From positions 14,781 to 78,780 of the forward strand of contig NZ_JBLXDV010000009.1 in NCBI RefSeq assembly GCF_048263705.1: a stretch of 64,000 nt of DNA, given 5' to 3'. The DNA is from Minwuia sp. GTDB taxonomy: Bacteria; Pseudomonadota; Alphaproteobacteria; Minwuiales; Minwuiaceae. The notes under the pieces are model-generated. The model was not told the origin of the DNA. It worked only from the letters and a program-made list of their open reading frames with translations, and ran no database searches. The position numbers were made by a program, and so were the translations under genes. This document shows positions 60,576 to 64,000 of the stretch, one piece after another (positions within the stretch are counted from its first letter, which is position 1; each line of letters starts with the position of its first letter).

Positions 60576-61895
60576 TCAGGCGTCAGTCGGGAATGCGGTG
60601 CGATCGAAGAGAGAGATCATCCGGTCGCTGACCTGCTCATGAATCCGGAAGGGAAAATCCCTGTCCAGATGCTGGAGGACGTCCTGCAAAGCCTGCTGCG
60701 CAGAGGCACGAATGTCTTCAAACACCTCCTGCGCCAGCGTCGCGGGGAGTCTCGCGCTCCTCAGGGTTTCTCCAAAATGACGCCCCTGTATGTGATCCAT
60801 CCGATAGTGCCGGCGGCGGCCGACACGCATCGCAAGCTTCATCTGTCTCCGCGTAACCGAGCCGGCCTGCAAAGCTGGCTCAGCCGTCAGCACGTCATAT
60901 ATCGGCGTCATCCTGTAGCGACCGCCAGGCAACAGACTGATGCTGAAGTTCTTGGCATGGCCGTCTGTTGCGCCAATCAGCCAGAACAACATCTGAGTTT
61001 TCAAAAAATTTCTCTGATCCGCGAAGGGATCGTCACTGCCCTTGAGAACTTCCAGTATCTCCGCGAGTCCAGGTCCGCCATCTGACTGGTATTTCATGGT
61101 TGGCGGCACCGACAGGGCCTGGCACATGTCTTCCTGTGGCAACCGCAACAATCGTCCTTCGGCGGTCCATCGGCGGTCGAAGCGCTTGATCACCAGCGCG
61201 GTCACATCCCCGAATCGGGCAATGCGCGCGTCATTTACTGTCAGGCCAAATTCAGACAGCAGTTTGAGGCAATAATACTCGTTCTGGACGCTGTCGGTGA
61301 GGTCAATGCCTTGCGGCAGTTGACCCCACCGGGTCTTGAGAATGTGCGTGGTAGGCGTTGTGCCGGTGGGTCGGTACCACTGGCCTTCATACCAGTGCAG
61401 TGCCGTCTTCTCCTGCGCGCCCGCGATCGAAATCCGGAATGCATCGTCGGGGCCCAGTCCGAGCGGTGCCTTCGACAGGTTTGCCAGCATCTCCTCTATT
61501 TGGCGTTCGTCGACCGGCTCACGAGCCAATTCGTTCGTGGTTGCCTTCCCGACCGCATCTTCGGGCAGGAACTGCAGGGCCCCTATGCAATCGCGCCCGA
61601 TAACGCCGAGCAGGCTGAATGAGTCTGTCCCGGGCGCTCCAACCTTTTCCGCGACCTTCCGGCGGAGCGCTTCGATATCGGGAAGCAGATTGTCGAACAC
61701 CGCAACGACTGGCTCTCCTCTGTACGGGTCTTCGCGCAGCGGCATGGACAACGACAGGGGAATGGCATTCCGCTGATCCAGCCATTCCTGCGCATACTGG
61801 AACTCGATTGCGCCGCTCGCCTGCTTCGAGAGTTGGCCGACAGGACGACCATTCATCAAAACGGCCAACGGGGCTCGTCTTGACCGCCGCGCCAC
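60576..61895 (-). CDS. hipA: HipA-family serine/threonine kinase toxin
   Basis: 439 aa. HipA N-terminal (LAVLMNGRPVGQL...FDNLLPD) and C-terminal kinase (SIAGAQEKTALHW ... ATDGHAKNFS) motifs. Stop abuts the paaK stop with no spacer. Confidence 0.8.
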   Translation of the reverse strand: MARRSRRAPLAVLMNGRPVGQLSKQASGAIEFQYAQEWLDQRNAIPLSLSMPLREDPYRGEPVVAVFDNLLPDIEALRRKVAEKVGAPGTDSFSLLGVIGRDCIGALQFLPEDAVGKATTNELAREPVDERQIEEMLANLSKAPLGLGPDDAFRISIAGAQEKTALHWYEGQWYRPTGTTPTTHILKTRWGQLPQGIDLTDSVQNEYYCLKLLSEFGLTVNDARIARFGDVTALVIKRFDRRWTAEGRLLRLPQEDMCQALSVPPTMKYQSDGGPGLAEILEVLKGSDDPFADQRNFLKTQMLFWLIGATDGHAKNFSISLLPGGRYRMTPIYDVLTAEPALQAGSVTRRQMKLAMRVGRRRHYRMDHIQGRHFGETLRSARLPATLAQEVFEDIRASAQQALQDVLQHLDRDFPFRIHEQVSDRMISLFDRTAFPTDA

Positions 61896-62149
61896 TAGAA
61901 CAGATCCTCAAGATCAGCCTCTGTGCCGGTGGTTCGGTCGGATATCCTCAGTTCCAGTCCGAGGGCTGCGAGCAGGGCAAGGACGGTATCCAGACGGGAT
62001 GCGCGCTGAGCGCTCTCAACTTCGGAAATCGTGGATTGGGGAATGCCGGTGATCTTGCTGAGCTGGGTTTGGCTCATCTTCTGCTTTTTTCGGCAGCGCC
62101 GGATATGGTTTCCAATCTGCTGCGGGGTTCGGGCAAGAATTGTTTCCAT
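61895..62149 (-). CDS. hipB: HipB-like XRE-family HTH antitoxin
   Basis: 84 aa. HTH MSQTQLSKITGIPQSTISEVE. Stop overlaps the hipA start by 1 nt. Confidence 0.75.
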   Translation of the reverse strand: METILARTPQQIGNHIRRCRKKQKMSQTQLSKITGIPQSTISEVESAQRASRLDTVLALLAALGLELRISDRTTGTEADLEDLF

Positions 62150-62171
62150 TGCCCATTTATAGGATTTTCGT

Positions 62172-62201
62172 GATATTCTTTCAATATCAATTTTCAGGAT
62201 A
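62172..62201. promoter_or_regulatory. HipB operator-like overlapping palindromes in AT-rich hipB promoter
   Basis: GATAttctttcaaTATC (62172-62188) and TATCaattttcagGATA (62185-62201), 23-53 nt upstream of the hipB start. Resembles the E. coli hipBA operator TATCC-N8-GGATA. Confidence 0.4.
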
Positions 62202-62487
62202 ATGTCGATCTATAGCGAATTCGCCATAAAAAAGAAATATTCCGTATATTGATACATCTGGAAGCCCTGGCCGACCTCGCCACATCAGGAACCACCGCGA
62301 ACGGCATCAGGATGCCGGCAAACCGCAGAGATGTCGGTCAGGGACTTGATGTTGGCAAATGCCCAATCACAAAGCGTCTGAGAACGCTCAAAGGCATGAC
62401 AGCCTTCGAGTTCATCAACGAGAAATGGACTTCAGAGCCAGAGAGATCCAGTCTTCATCCAGATCATCTCGTTCCGGGACCAGACAG

Positions 62488-62670
62488 CTAGGTCTCGGGC
62501 ACCGCTCCCTTTTCGCGGGCCGGGGCGATGAAGGTCCAGCTGTCGCCCTCGCGGACGATCTCGGTCTTCATGCCGGGATATTTCTCTCCGGCATCCTCTT
62601 TCAGGCGCTCGGCCTGCTTCCGTGTCAGCCCGGTTTCCTTGACCGGCTTGAAATCCTCGTCTTCAGACAT
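62488..62670 (-). CDS. hypothetical 60-aa protein
   Basis: MSEDEDFKPVKETGLTRKQAERLKEDAGEKYPGMKTEIVREGDSWTFIAPAREKGAVPET, high-GC codon usage. No family recognised. Confidence 0.35.
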   Translation of the reverse strand: MSEDEDFKPVKETGLTRKQAERLKEDAGEKYPGMKTEIVREGDSWTFIAPAREKGAVPET

Positions 62671-62816
62671 TCTCGGTCTCTCCCGGACAGCTTCCGATGG
62701 CTGTCATGTAGGCACGGCGAAGGTGCCGGACGATCCCGGCGGAGCAAAATGCCGCGCTGGCCCCTTCCCTGACCGCAAGCCAGTGGGCATTCTGGGCTCA
62801 ACGGAGAGAGAAACCC

Positions 62817-64000
62817 ATGGGCACCTACGACTATCCCACCTTCGATTATCACCGCCCGGCGGAACTGGACGGCGATGTGCCGCGCCGTCCGGTCGCGATC
62901 GCAGGCGGGGGTGTCGTCGGGCTGACGATGGCGCTGGACCTGGCCAGCCGCGGCGTGCCGGTCATCGTCTTCGACGACGACAACTCGGTCAGTTTCGGCA
63001 GCCGCTCGGTCTGTCAGGCCAAGCGCACGCTGGAAATCTGGGACCGGCTGGGCATCGCCGCACCCATGATGGAAAAGGGCGTCACCTGGAACGAGGGCCA
63101 CGTCTTTCATGGCGAGGAGAAGATCTACGGCTTCAACCTGCAGGACAATCCGTCCGCCAAGTTTCCCGCCTTCATCAACCTGCAGCAATACTACTGCGAG
63201 GCGTTCATGGTCGACCGCGCCACGAACGATCCGCTGATCGATCTGCGCTGGCGGCACAGGGTCACGGGACTTGAGCAGGATGCCGACGGGGTGCGGGTCA
63301 CCGTGGAGACGCCCGACGGCAGCTTCGTCCAGCCCTGCGACTGGCTGGTCGCCGCCGACGGGGTGCGATCGACCGTCAGGCGCGCCATGGGACTCTGTTT
63401 CGACGGCCAGGTGTTCGAGGATCATTTCCTGATCGCCGATATCGTCATGGAAAGCGACCTGCCGCCCATCCGCCGGTTCTATTTCGACCCACCCTGGGGA
63501 CCGGAGGCCTCCGCGCTGATGCACAAGCAGGCCGACAAGGTCTGGCGGCTGGATTTCCAGCTCGGCTGGGACATCGACAAGGACGAGGAACTGAAGGACG
63601 AGAACGTCATCCCGCGCATCAGGCGCATGATCGGCGAGGACACGCCCTTCGAGATGGAATGGAAGTCGATCTACACCTTCCAGTGCCGGTCCATCGAGAA
63701 ATACCGCCACGACCGGGTGCTGTTCGTCGGCGATGCGGCCCATCAGGTCAGCCCGTTCGGCGCGCGCGGCGGCAACGGCGGCGTGCAGGACGCCGACAAT
63801 CTGGCCTGGAAGCTGGCGCTGGTGGTGCAGGGTTCCGCCGACGAACGGCTGCTGGACAGCTATCACGAGGAACGCCATGCAGCCGCGGCGGAGAACATCC
63901 TCAATTCGACGCGGGCCACCGATTTCATCACGCCGAAGACACCCGTTTCCGAAGTCTATCGCGATGCCGTGCTGGCACTGGCGGCGAAACACCCGTTCGC
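62817..64000 (+). CDS. FAD-dependent aromatic monooxygenase (PheA/TfdB/MhpA family), 3' end beyond window
   Basis: From ATG 62817 with SD GGAGAGAG. GGGVVGLTMALDLA dinucleotide fold, DG motif DWLVAADGVRSTVR, GD motif FVGDAAHQVSPFGARGGNGG. No stop before the window end. Confidence 0.8.
   Translation, partial: MGTYDYPTFDYHRPAELDGDVPRRPVAIAGGGVVGLTMALDLASRGVPVIVFDDDNSVSFGSRSVCQAKRTLEIWDRLGIAAPMMEKGVTWNEGHVFHGEEKIYGFNLQDNPSAKFPAFINLQQYYCEAFMVDRATNDPLIDLRWRHRVTGLEQDADGVRVTVETPDGSFVQPCDWLVAADGVRSTVRRAMGLCFDGQVFEDHFLIADIVMESDLPPIRRFYFDPPWGPEASALMHKQADKVWRLDFQLGWDIDKDEELKDENVIPRIRRMIGEDTPFEMEWKSIYTFQCRSIEKYRHDRVLFVGDAAHQVSPFGARGGNGGVQDADNLAWKLALVVQGSADERLLDSYHEERHAAAAENILNSTRATDFITPKTPVSEVYRDAVLALAAKHPF

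Noticed and set aside
62625-63992. 455-aa minus-strand ORF opposite the FAD monooxygenase
   Set aside because: The plus frame from 62817 has canonical GxGxxG, DG and GD flavoprotein motifs, so the minus frame is antisense.

Overview
High-GC (about 65-68%) alphaproteobacterial chromosome segment, mixed core and accessory. All calls rest on manual reading of the six-frame translations, motifs and local sequence; no database search was run. Left to right: (1) a flagellar class II/III gene block fliF-fliG-fliH-fliN-motA-flbD-flhA-flhF-flhG, preceded by a DUF1153 gene end; (2) a lanthanide-type PQQ methanol dehydrogenase cluster xoxF-xoxG-xoxJ (minus strand) with a divergent DUF1194 vWA-like gene; (3) proline iminopeptidase; (4) a type I secretion locus (HlyD adaptor, ABC ATPase, TolC) with a 1467-aa RTX calcium-binding repeat protein; (5) immediately beside it a hybrid sensor kinase (PAS-HisKA-HATPase-pseudoREC-REC-Hpt) and a LuxO/NtrC-like sigma-54 response regulator, plus a good sigma-54 -24/-12 promoter in front of the RTX gene; (6) a family-1 encapsulin shell gene with an upstream ferritin-like cargo carrying a C-terminal targeting peptide, followed by an aldolase and a hydrolase; (7) a low-GC hypothetical membrane-anchored gene; (8) amidase; (9) squalene/hopanoid genes hpnB-hpnC-hpnD-hpnE; (10) GST, crotonase, rhodanese, AbfD/HpaB-family enzyme, P450, a large uncharacterised membrane protein, Fe-ADH, MFS, PmbA, IMPase, pirin, CapD-like dehydratase; (11) two tandem phasin genes with PhaR-like CTGC-N3-GCAG operators; (12) a paa fragment (two crotonases, paaI, paaK); (13) a lower-GC hipBA toxin-antitoxin islet abutting paaK; (14) the start of a FAD monooxygenase. 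No rRNA, tRNA, CRISPR or transposase was recognised. The most system-like candidates for follow-up are the HK/sigma-54 regulator/RTX/T1SS unit, the encapsulin-EncFtn operon and the low-GC orphan gene.
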